The position numbers and the translations under genes are program-made. Below the pieces are notes generated by a model, which worked only from the letters and a program-made list of their open reading frames with translations, was not told the origin of the DNA and made no database searches. Positions 11,414 through 22,329 of a stretch of DNA of 64,000 nt are shown piece after piece. How positions within the stretch are numbered: the stretch's first letter is position 1; each line of letters starts with the position of its first letter. The DNA comes from Dipteris shenzhenensis (lineage: Eukaryota): the NCBI GenBank assembly GCA_047967505.1, contig CM106538.1; one strand, given 5' to 3'.

Positions 11414-13670
11414 GAATGCCTCATTGTGGTTATGTTTTATTTCTCGCATTCTCATGTCTGCTGCCACGAATGTGTTTAGTCCCACGAGCGAGACCTCATC
11501 GATGAGACCACTACCTCCACGTTTTTGTATAGTGTAGATAGTTGTTGCAGCTTGTCCCCACCCAGGGTTGTGTAAGAACTGGTTAGTAGTGGCAGATGTA
11601 GTGCCGTGTGGATGTTGTTTCCTCCGATTCCCCTTGTTACTTTTCCTATGTAGGTAAGTAGCAAGGCCCTTGCAAGCTCTGGATTGTTTGTGTCCTTGTG
11701 GATGTAAATCATTGCAGTGCTTGTACAATGAGCATCAAAGTGAACATTTTTCCGGACCCTACGTTTCCTATTAAGAACAACTAGAGTTTTCACTTGGGGC
11801 TATTCCTTTTTTTAGCATGATATTGTCTAGTATGGCTCGTTGCTCTATGTTTGTTTGGCGGAGCATGTGGTAGTACTGCACATTCGGGAGGACGACGTGC
11901 GTTGGGCTTTGTGTGACGAGAACTCCTCCTTTTATGGCATGTTTTTCCCTTACTTCGTCTTGGAAATCAAACCCGTTAAATTTATTTGATGCACCACTTT
12001 GTTGGGTCATTGACATTCTCGTGCTTACTGCATTGCATGAGTTGGTTTCCATAGATGAGGTCATTTTGTTGAACATTTCCTCGTTGGTGCTGATTGTCAC
12101 GATGTTTGCATTGCACACGTCATGCCACGCTTCGTATGTTTCGCCCAGGCAATGCTCTATATTCAAGAATGGCAGGGATAACAGGCACTGCTCTTGAAAG
12201 TGTTCTTTTGGATTGCTGTGCTTGTTGTAGCTGTTGTAGCATATTACTCTCGGGTTTTTCCTTGCCTTTGTAACTCCTTGCTTTACTAAGTAATTGCTGT
12301 GGCGAAGCTGGCAAGGCAAGTGTTGGAAAACATGTCTAGAAAGAAGATGTCAGTGCTTGTTGGCTCCATTCTTTGTAAGTCTGCCTTCCTTTTTAGTAGC
12401 AATGTACAGTCCTCTGACTTGCTTGTGTTGTGGCTGTAGAAAGGGGTAGGGATAGGCAAAGGTAAACTGCTTGTTGTGCGCTAAGGTGTTAGGTGTTAAG
12501 TATCGCATTTTCCAAAGTTTCTCAGCCTTTCACTGGCCAGTCCTCCTATCTGAATGCTCTCTGTGATCACTGCTTTCACAGCTTCGTGTGTCTCCTTATC
12601 AATTTTGGCCATGTAGGAAGTACAATACGAGGCTACTCCGAGGGGGTTTAGCACGAACTGGATGTCTGTGTTTGCCTCCCAAAGCTCTGTCAAGGTCTTG
12701 TTGAAATTGTTTGTGTATATGTCCTTGGGTTCTCTTTTTAAGAAGACTATAGGCTGGTGTATGCTTGAGCATAGGGCTATTACGTACTCTCACTCTAACA
12801 TACATGTTTTCCCGAGAAATGTTTGCAAATCCAAAGACATTGTGCCTTCTTGCGAAAGCATATTTGATATTGTCTTGTAGTGTTTCTTGGCATCTGCTCA
12901 CTCTAGCTTTGCTTGCACTGGGTGCAGAATTTGTGTGTTCTTCGTGGGTGGACACGGGAAGTTGAACCTGCAATGACGATTCTTCTTGCCACATGTCTTC
13001 CTGTGTTTATGTGTTTGAATGTCTCTGAGTGGTTCTGGTAGTCTCAAGCTATCTGCCAATATGTGTTGGTCTGTGAATGCGATAATGTCCTCGTCACTGC
13101 TCTTTCCTAGAGTAGGGGCGTTGTCAACCCATAGCAAGTCATGGTCATGTTGGCTGCCCCTGTTTTGGAACTCTATCATGAAAAAGAAGTCCTTCATGAG
13201 CCCCAGTATTGTCTGGTCTTGACGAATCAATGTTTTGTGCTTGGAAATTGTGGGTGTAGTATCGAGTTGTGGTGACTGGGTCAGACCTCAACATTTGTTG
13301 GATCCTTGCAGGGTGGTTTTGGTTTCTTGGGAAAACTACTTCATCGCTTATTTCCTCTACGCATACTGTCAAATGGGGCCCATCTTTTCTCAGTTGCTGC
13401 CGATAGTGTCACAAAAAAGGTTGGCGGCCCAAGTTGGTACAGCATTGCGAACACGTTTTGCTTGAGTTTGTGCTTGTAGTTCGCAGACGTTCGTAAACAT
13501 TTGAAATCCTTGTAGCCTATGTCAGATTGTAGAAGACGCTCAATGTTTGTGTACATCATCGCCACCCCCGCTTGAAGCCTCATTCCTTACAGTTGTCCCT
13601 TATGTAGCCAGACCCAACAAGCGGATAGCACCTGGTGAACGAAAATTTTTATGGTTTTGAAGAAGCACCT
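11414..13670 (-). pseudogene. Helentron Rep (HUH) domain and N-terminal helicase motifs
   Basis: HUH motif EFQNRGSQHDH, tyrosine motif YCTSYMAK, Walker A-like FLIGNVGSGKMFT (~11745-11778), motif Ia TYIGKVTRGIGGNNIHTALHLP and Walker B LIDEVSLVG. Confidence 0.88.
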
Positions 13671-13859
13671 CCGAACACGCTCCCTATGGAGAGGCCTCTA
13701 GTTTAGATCCCATCCTCACCTATGGGCCCCGCCTCCTACTATTCTTTCTTGTGCACTTGTGAATGTTATTGCTCTCCATGCTAGTTCAAATCCCCTCCAA
13801 AGGAACAACCCATGGGATTTACAACAAAGTGGGAGGGGGGATGGAGAGGGAACCGCTTG

Positions 13860-14095
13860 CCAAACAAGGGTAAGCCCTCAACACCTCGGGAGATGCACGC
13901 CCAAGAGGCAATGCTCCCTAACTTGAGAAATGGCCTACAGAAAGTGAAAGGGGTGCACAGCTTAGATCAACTAGCTGCAAAGAGGGTGACATTAGCTATG
14001 TTGGTGTCCCCTAAAACAAAGGAGAAATGGCTTGGGTGCACAATGTCAAAGATGTTGTCAATCAAAAGGACCAACATGGTGGATGCAGGCACTGT
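13860..14095 (+). pseudogene. Unidentified protein-coding relic, copy 1 (homologous to 18440-18660)
   Basis: PREMHAQEAMLPNLRNGLQKVKGVHSLDQLAAKRVTLAML...WLGCT aligns with a second copy near 18.5 kb. Confidence 0.5.
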
Positions 14096-14239
14096 GTACT
14101 GCAATTTAATTCGCTATAGCTCTCTCCTTAAGTGCTAGACTCTATTATCACCAAGTCTGCCATTCACCTTTCCACTACTGACAGAAACTCTACAAACTTC
14201 TTTTAACAAATGGATGTTCATGTCTGTGTGTATATGTGT

Positions 14240-15060
14240 GAGGACACAAGTTTTTACAATGGTTCGAACCTTCTCACACACGTTCGTCCCCCAGCTGCAA
14301 GAAGTACTGGAAGTAGATTCATTTTACATAATTGAGGGGGCCTCCATTGCAAAAAGGGTTGTAGGAAAAGGTGGCACTTCCTATGTCTCACTTCGAGTGG
14401 ATGCTATGACAACAGTGATCAAGGGGGAGCCCTTCAATGGCAACCTATCGTTCGTGCCAAAGAAACCAATACGTGACCGCACCTTGGGTAGCGAACCAAG
14501 TTGAGACCACAAGAGCATCATTTGTCACTTTAATGGGCACAATTGCTTTTGTAATTGTGAACATAGGCTTGGATGGCCCCCCCATAGACCAAATCATCAT
14601 TGCAGATGGTCCTAACCCTGAAGACCGCACCACGATAAGATGACATTCAAAAATCCCTCGAAGACCCGATAGCATTATACAAAGGGCGTCACTACAACTA
14701 TCTCTAACATGAACCCTTATTTGCATGAATTTCAAAAGACCTTCCAACAAGATCAAAGAATCAATTGTAGAAGCAATACGGGGATGTCTACTCACCAATA
14801 CGTACATGGATGCTGTCCGAGAAAGCTATTGTCCAGTTTCATGAAGATGGGTTGCACCTGGGAACTCCTTTTTGCAACAATTCGAAATACATTTCTCTCA
14901 CCTGGCTTTCCAAAATCAATCACGCCTTTGGACTCCTCGATGAGACGTTCTGTGTTGGCAATGGGAGTTCTGCCCATGACATTGTACTCTTCACAGTGTT
15001 TGCTATTGAAAACTGACTACGACCATTATTGTAGGTATGGGTGTAGCAGATAATTACTGC
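14240..15060 (+). pseudogene. Divergent RPA70-like OB-fold ssDNA-binding protein relic
   Basis: RTFSHTFVPQLQEVLEVDSFYIIEGASI...YVSLRVDAMTTV resembles RPA DBD-A, VTLMGTIAFV...QIIIADG resembles DBD-B, and a Cys cluster (YVHGCCPRKL...FCNN) follows. Pattern recognition only. Confidence 0.45.
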
Positions 15061-17389
15061 TCTCTTGTAGAGATTAGAGCATAGACTTCTTCCATATCTT
15101 TGCCATGCAGAGAGTGAAAACGTTCACTGACCTCTTCAAGGGGCTATTCAACCGATCTCTCTTGCAAGACATCTTTTGCACTCATAGCGAAACCCAAAAA
15201 TGATATGTTGTCTCAAAAGTTAGTAGTGATGGCACCAATGCAACCATTTTCTCTCAAAATATGATATATGGCTTCTAGGTAGCGAGATGGAAGTTGACAT
15301 TTGAAACAATACTACACATGAGTCTTGAGAACATAGTGTATCATGTAGACAACTACCTTTGAAAATTCATGCATGCACAGGAGCACTATTTAAGGTGCCA
15401 AAAGACATAAATAGAGTGATGAAGGTGCAAATGAAGCAATCACTAGCTGATGATTGCAAATGGCTCGCCAATTTCCAAGCTGATGAGTGAACAGTATGTG
15501 GGTTCTAATGTTCGCTACAACAAAAGCTAGCAAAGTCTAGGACGATCATCTCTCAAGAGCTCACCGTGCTCATAGGACCTTCACCTACAAGACTTGGCAT
15601 GGGAGTGGCTACTAGAACTGCTTCAAATCAACACTCGAGCTCGGTAGCAATGTCAACGATAGAAGACTTGGCAAACTTCAGTGAAGGTCCTACGAGCATT
15701 CAATATCAGTTGGACTGTGAGAATGTAGAGAGAGGAGAAGTTTGAATGAAGGTGGAGAGAGAGAGAGAGAGAGAGAATCATATCTAATTGCACATCTTTT
15801 CAATGAGCAAATTCCAACATTCACCATTCTAGAGGGCAGATAATCAATCTTTCCTTGCAATGATAAGTGAAACAGGAATAGAAACATTAGCAACATCATG
15901 CATTGGGGAGGTCACTTTGTCTCCCTCGATCTTTGGACACTTCTCTCCAATTTTTACAAGTTCTATAACAATTCAAAAGAAAGAGTAAGGAAATGTTGAA
16001 AAAGACATTTGAATAGAAGGTAGAAGTGAAACAAAAATGGAAAACATTCAGAACCTTGGTGGAAATTTTCAGAGTCGGTATCCATAGACTCATTGGAAAC
16101 TTGAACCTCTTCCATCACTCAAATGATCTGTGTATAGGCACTTGCACAATTTAAAGCCAACAAGCTAGAACTACAAGAAGCTCCACTTTATATGGCTTGA
16201 ATTTAATGTATATTAAGATTTCAAGATGCATAAGTTCCTTGCATTGGGCTTACCTCCTTAATGCCCATCTGATAACCATGCCAAAAACACAATCGATGCT
16301 TCTAATCACTCCTAAACAAAGGACGTGAATCGTTGTACAGAATATCATACATGCATGAAAACCCACATAAAGCCACAAAATCTTCATTGGAACCCAAGCA
16401 ATATCAGATGTAGGAAGCTCTTCCCCATTTTATGCACCATGGTCTCTCACTCACCATAAGAACATGCGTAAAAAAAAGAGAGGGCTAGTTAAGTACACCC
16501 ATAACTTCGTAGGATTTTAGTGTAAATGTGTTATGAAAATGGAGCTCTACATATTCAATTGATGAATAGGAAGCTATTCCCCTTTAAAAACTTGAAATAA
16601 CAAAATTTTGAACATTAGAAAATGCAAAAAAATAAAAATAAATTAAAATAAAGAATGCACATTCATACATATGCATGGGAGATGTGGGACACGTCCTCTT
16701 CAGTTATATATAAAATAAGAGATTGTGCCCCTCTCTCGTCAACTTTTGTTTTTAGCAATGTTTTTTTCTTGGCTTTATGTTTCACTTTAGGGCCGACGCA
16801 TGATTGTGTGTAGCAATTTTTTGTAATATCTAGGCAATATATTGCATATGGTTAACTCGCTTGACTCGTAGCTAATGATTTTCTCAATGGGATTTCATAA
16901 ACTTTCTATATCAAAACTAATCTACACATTGTGAACTTGAATTTAAGATTAAAACATTGCACAATTGGCTTCTTTTATGGGATCATTAAACTATTTCAAA
17001 AACTATTATGCTATGAAGCATAAGTTTTGGACTATATAGGATATCCAAAATATTTTTAAAACATCCTATAATTGTTCTACATATATATGGAAGTAATTGT
17101 CTATTTAAAGTGCATTGGTTGAGCTTCCCCCAAATCAAAGGACCAATTGATAAGCTTTGATATGGTTTAGGGGTGTCCAATGCTATGCTACAATTGTGTG
17201 CATATAGCTAAGGGCACACTCAATAACTTTTCTCATTTGGCTGGAAAGACAAAGTTTTTGTAAAAAAGCACTCTATACTTATTGAGCTACTACATGGTGG
17301 TCTTAAAACTTTGATATTTGTTGATGTTTTTAGCTTAATTCACCCATAATGGATGCACTAGAAAAATCTAAATTCATACATGTGCAATG

Positions 17390-17720
17390 TTCTTTGAATA
17401 AATCCAATAGTATTTATCAATTTTCATTGGTTTCCACTCAATTCTTGCAGTGAGGCCCATAAGTATGTCAAAGGTGGTTCCATTTCTTAATCCACAACAT
17501 GAAACCCGCAAGTGGGAAATTTTGCCTTTTGCTTTGTTCAGCCATTTTGGGCCTCTTTGTATTCATTTATGGGGCACAAGTTGGTGATGGTACAGTTAGA
17601 GGTGGCAAAACACTACACTGATTTTTTCCAAATATTTGACATCTCTCACTTTTGCATTCAAATTTCACTTCTTTGGCATTGATAAATCCAAATAAAGTAC
17701 ATAACTATGTCTTGCCTTGT
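17390..17720 (-). mobile_element. Possible highly decayed hAT transposase C-terminal (dimerisation) fragment
   Basis: Fragments QKFPTCGF and DKYYWIYSKN loosely resemble FPTVGFLA...LDKLIFVNKN of plant hAT transposases. Very degenerate. Confidence 0.22.
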
Positions 17721-18439
17721 CAGCTGTAAGACGTGACCTATGCAAAACATTCTTTGTCATGCTATATTCCAATTCTATTGGCTTCTTCCCATCTATGATT
17801 GTCTCTTGTAGGCTTTCTTCTTCCTTTTGGGAAAAAAAAATCATTGTTGTAACTCTCTTGGCCTCTCACCATCCGTGCACCTATCCCTTTCATGGACACT
17901 CCCCCTCATGTTCTCCATGCTCCTTAGGCTCTCTTGGTATGTGCACAAGTTTTGATTCCTACTACAAAGCTTTAGGTTAGTCCTTATTTCCATTTAAAAG
18001 CTAGCTGGTCTAACATAAATTGTTTCTCATTTCTTTTTTGCATTCTTTATTTAAAATAAGGTACCACATGGTTTGATGCAATTGTCATGAGTTGCAAGAG
18101 AACTAGACAGAGGTTGCGAGATAGGAAAGTTGGTATACCCAATCAAGGAAAGAGGAGAAGGTTGAAGGCCATGGAAATTGATGATACAATATGTAAGCAA
18201 CAATGGAAAACACTTTTACAACAAATCAAAAGGGAGAGACAAAAGGAGGAAAAGTTCCTCCTCATACAATAGCTAGCAATGAAGGTAATAGATGCACCCA
18301 TTTGAGCAGTGCCATCAAAATGGAAGAATAAGAGCTATAGTCTTACAATTGGTAGAAGCATTCAAGGTAGCAACATTAGGTCATTTGAGGGAGTACCAAG
18401 CTAATGTCCTCATAAACTTTACCCTACTCTTGATGACTC

Positions 18440-18660
18440 ATCAAGTGTCCACTCTTCCAATGCCTCAAGAGTTGCATGCCTAAGAGACCAAACTCTGTAG
18501 CTTGAGATATAGCCTTAGTAATGTGAAAGAGGTGCATAGCTTAGCTCAACTAGCTATAAAAAGTGTGACATCAACTATGTTATTCTCCTCTCAACTAAAT
18601 GCAGAATGGCTTGGGTGCACAACGCCAAATATGATGTCCATTAGAAGGATGAGTGTGATT
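18440..18660 (+). pseudogene. Unidentified protein-coding relic, copy 2
   Basis: PQELHA*ETKLCSLRYSLSNVKEVHSLAQLAIKSVTSTML...WLGCT. The DNA shares long blocks such as ATGGCTTGGGTGCACAA with copy 1. Confidence 0.5.
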
Positions 18661-18793
18661 CCCCCAAGGCAGTCAACTCTTTACAAACCCAAAAAACACA
18701 TGCAAGCACATAGATATTTGAAACACCCATGAATTTAAAATGTTATGTCTTTTTGTATGATTGTTTACCCCTCTTCCATACATATACAAGTTG

Positions 18794-19083
18794 TAATTTG
18801 GAAATTAAAAGCCCCCTTCATACATGTACATACCATTATTATATTTGGTAAGTATCTTTCAAACCCCTTCCTATCTATAAATGATCCATAAGTCCCCCAA
18901 ATTAAAAAATACATTTCCTTTAATGAACCTATCATCATAATTTGGAAATTAAAAGTCGAATATAATTATGTACATACCATAATTATATTCGGTAAGTATC
19001 TTTCAAATCCCTTCCTATCTCTATAAATAGCCCATTAGTCCCCCAAATTTAAAAATCCATTTCTTTAAATGAACCTATCATCA
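18794..19083. repeat. Tandem duplication, 2 x ~145 bp
   Basis: TAATTTGGAAATTAAAAG...GGTAAGTATCTTTCAAA...AATGAACCTATCATCA occurs at 18794-18937 and 18938-19083. Confidence 0.85.
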
Positions 19084-19369
19084 CACATTTGGTACTAAGT
19101 GGCCCCCCACTAGAGTGATTCCAATGATTGGCCATTGAGTGGAAGTGATGCAGTCCGATGAGAGAAGCATGTGGACATCAACTAAATGCAATAAAAGGAG
19201 AGACGGCCTAAGTGAGGAAGTCATCTCTACTTGACATTGTTTTGGCACAATAACACAAGAGTTTCTCTAAATAAGAAGAACATATGTAGGGTGTAGAGGG
19301 GACACTAGTAGTACGATGAGCACATCATATACATGCTTAACATAATTCATGTCAATAGAGTTGTTTGTT

Positions 19370-19658
19370 TTCTCACAAATCATTATGCTAGTTAATTTCC
19401 ATTTGCATCCTATGAAATTTGCGACGACAGGTGGGGAGAAGAGAGAGGTAGTGAGAGAGAGAGAGAGAGAGAGAGATGATGTATTATTTTGCAACCTGTG
19501 GTTGAAGTATCAACCATCGTGCTAGTTGTGTCTATTACTAAATCATTGTACTAGTTAAAATAACAATCATCATGCTGGTTGTGTCTGTTGCTCTCTTTTT
19601 TTCTCCCAAATCATTATGTTGGTTAATTGTCATTATATCTTATGAAATTTGGGAGGGG

Positions 19659-19692
<34 letters not shown>

Positions 19693-21476
19693 TTTGGGCA
19701 AGTGACCAGCACTGTGGTTGAAATAACAAGCACCATGCTAGTTGTAGCCATAGTGCTAGTTGTAGGCATTGTGAGCATCTAGCGCAAGGATCTATGCAAC
19801 CATCATTAGTGTCTAGCATGGGCATTGTGAGTATCTAGGGTGGGCATCATGAGCATCTAGGGTGGGGATCTATGCAGCCTAACTTGAATAATTTTATACT
19901 TGCATTGCCTTATTAAAATCTTCACATCAAGCAAGGCTCACCATCATCACCCATTTTTTAAATTTTGTTTCCCTGTAAAATACTTGCTTGAAGCAATTTA
20001 ATTAGTTCATTACATGATTGGGTGTAGCCACATGTATCTATACTCAAATAGTATGATATATAGCAAGTTTAGTAGGAACATACAATATGCTACATAGCTT
20101 ATACAATGTGGTGATGGCACACTCCCAATCCTAGCACACAAAAAGAAATCCACAACAAAGACACAATGGCAAATGGCTTATCTTGCACGTTAACTTTTAA
20201 TAAAACTATAATAGATTGTTCCTAGGACACTTTGCCATGTCCAAGGAAATAAGAGCAAGAGGAAAAGAGGATTACAAGGAAAGTGGTTGTCTCTAAAATA
20301 TTATGGGAGATATCTATAATTCCATCACACAAGGGTAAGCAATGCAAGTTATTTTCCATTAAGCCTAGGTTGAATGCTTTTTCATGTACTATAGATGTTG
20401 CTTACCACTGTTTAATGCTAGTTACCAATCTGACTATGTATAATCATGGCTAGTAAATTGATATTATCCCATGCTTTTATACTATGGGCCAATGCATGAT
20501 TGGATGTAGCCATTTTTTATGAATTTGAGGGCAATGATGGTGAACCTTGATTCATGCCATTTGTTTCCACTATGAGTGTCTAGTTGGGGATCTATGTACC
20601 CTAACATGAGCAATTTGAAGCTTCATACATTTCTTTTAATTTGTTGCTCTACTAAAATCTTCACATGAAGCAAGGCTTACAATCATCCATTCTTTATTTT
20701 TTTGTCCTCTAAAATCTTCATATGAAGAAGTCTTGAGCACCTTCATCATTGGTTCTATTAATTTTGTTGCCCTACTAAAATCTTTACACGAAGCAAGACT
20801 CACCATCATCATCCTTCTTATTTGTTGCCCTCTAAATTTTTCAACTGGATCAAGGCTCATTGGTTTTGATCATTTTGGTGCCCTACTAAAATCTTCAAAT
20901 GAAGCAAGGCTCACCATCATCATGAGGCTTAGATACCCATAGTGTAGTCTTATATGCATTGTTATTAGTGATTCTACAATGCTCATTAGGATGTGCTACA
21001 TGTTGGCATTGAGAGAGGATGTTGAATCCTCTAGTGTAACATAAAAAAGACATTGAACGTGTGTGCGCACTTGGCAAAGCATGCGAGGGCTAATTGATTT
21101 AGTGTGTATCACAATCTAGTTGAGGACCTATGTATTTTAACCTGAACAATTTGAAACTTGCAAGTGACTAGGCCGGTAATTGTATCTGCTACCATCTTTT
21201 TTCGTCCCAAATCATTATATTGGCTAAATATTGTTTACATCTTATGAAATTTGGGGGAAAGAGACAAAGAGAGAGAGAGACAGACAGAGACAGAGAGACA
21301 GAGATAGAGATAGAGACAGAGATAAAGACAAAGAGAGAGACACTTAGAGAGAGACAGAGAGACTAGCATGATCGTTGATATAACAACCATGGTGTTGGTT
21401 GTAACTTGTAGTTGCTATGCTACTTATACCTATTGCTATTATGCTGGTTAATGTTCATTTTTGCATATTATGAAAG

Positions 21477-21520
<44 letters not shown>

Positions 21521-21649
21521 TGATATTCTTTTGCAAAAATTGCAGCACGAGGGTTGAAACAACAATTAATCTGCTGCTTGCAACCACTTCAATAGTTGTG
21601 TCTTATGCTATTATGCTAGTTGATTTTCATTGGCATCTTATGAAATTTG

Positions 21650-21685
<36 letters not shown>

Positions 21686-22001
21686 TAATATTATTTCACA
21701 AGTGACCAACTTGGGGTTTGAAATAACCACCACCATGCTAGTTGCAGCCATTATGCTAGTTTTGTGTCCTATTGCTATTACGCTAGTTAATATTTTAGTT
21801 GCATATTATGCCACTATTAAGTTGGTTAATTTTCAATTTCTTATTATAAAATTGGGGTAGAGAGAGAGAGAGAGAGGTTAATTTACAAGTCGTCAATTCA
21901 GCAGTTGAAATAATAGTCATCATATTGGTTGCCGCCACTATGCTAGTTGTGTGTGCTACTCTTATGATAGTTAATTTTCATGTGCATATTATGAAAATGA
22001 G

Positions 22002-22068
<67 letters not shown>

Positions 22069-22175
22069 ATTTTAAAGGTGACTATCATAGTGGTTGACAT
22101 AATAACAACTATGCTAGTTGAAACCACCATGTTAGTTACAAGTTGCAAACACCATGCTAGTTGTGTCTATTGCAT
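19370..22175. repeat. Array of ~7 diverged repeat units, each with an internal (GA)n core
   Basis: Shared flanks TATGAAATTTG before, and GTTGAAATAACAACC..CATGCTAGTTG after, GA tracts at ~19440, 19660, 21260, 21480, 21650, 21860 and 22005. Confidence 0.75.
20630..20925. repeat. Minisatellite, ~5 units of ~60 bp
   Basis: CTAAAATCTTCAnATGAAGCAAGGCTCACCATCATC-like motif repeated. A related copy lies at ~19912-19950. Confidence 0.7.
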
Positions 22176-22329
22176 AGGTTTTCCATATACTCTTTATAGT
22201 TTTGTGGATGAGCAAAATGAGCTATACCTAATATTTATGGCTAAGAACCCTAACATAAGGATTAGAGGAGCTTTAAGCATTGCAAACCCTAGTATGTGAA
22301 GAGATTCAAAGATAAGAATGTGTGTTGCT

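Larger units (their letters stand above)
6340..13670 (-). mobile_element. Degenerate endonuclease-encoding Helitron (Helentron/HLE2-type RepHel-EN), interrupted by a Ty3/gypsy element
   Basis: Minus-strand order is Rep (PPTFFVTLSAA; IEFQNRGSQHDH; LWEANTDIQFVL..YCTSYMAK), then PIF1-type helicase, then an AP-like endonuclease. Many stops and frameshifts. Termini not found. Confidence 0.88.
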
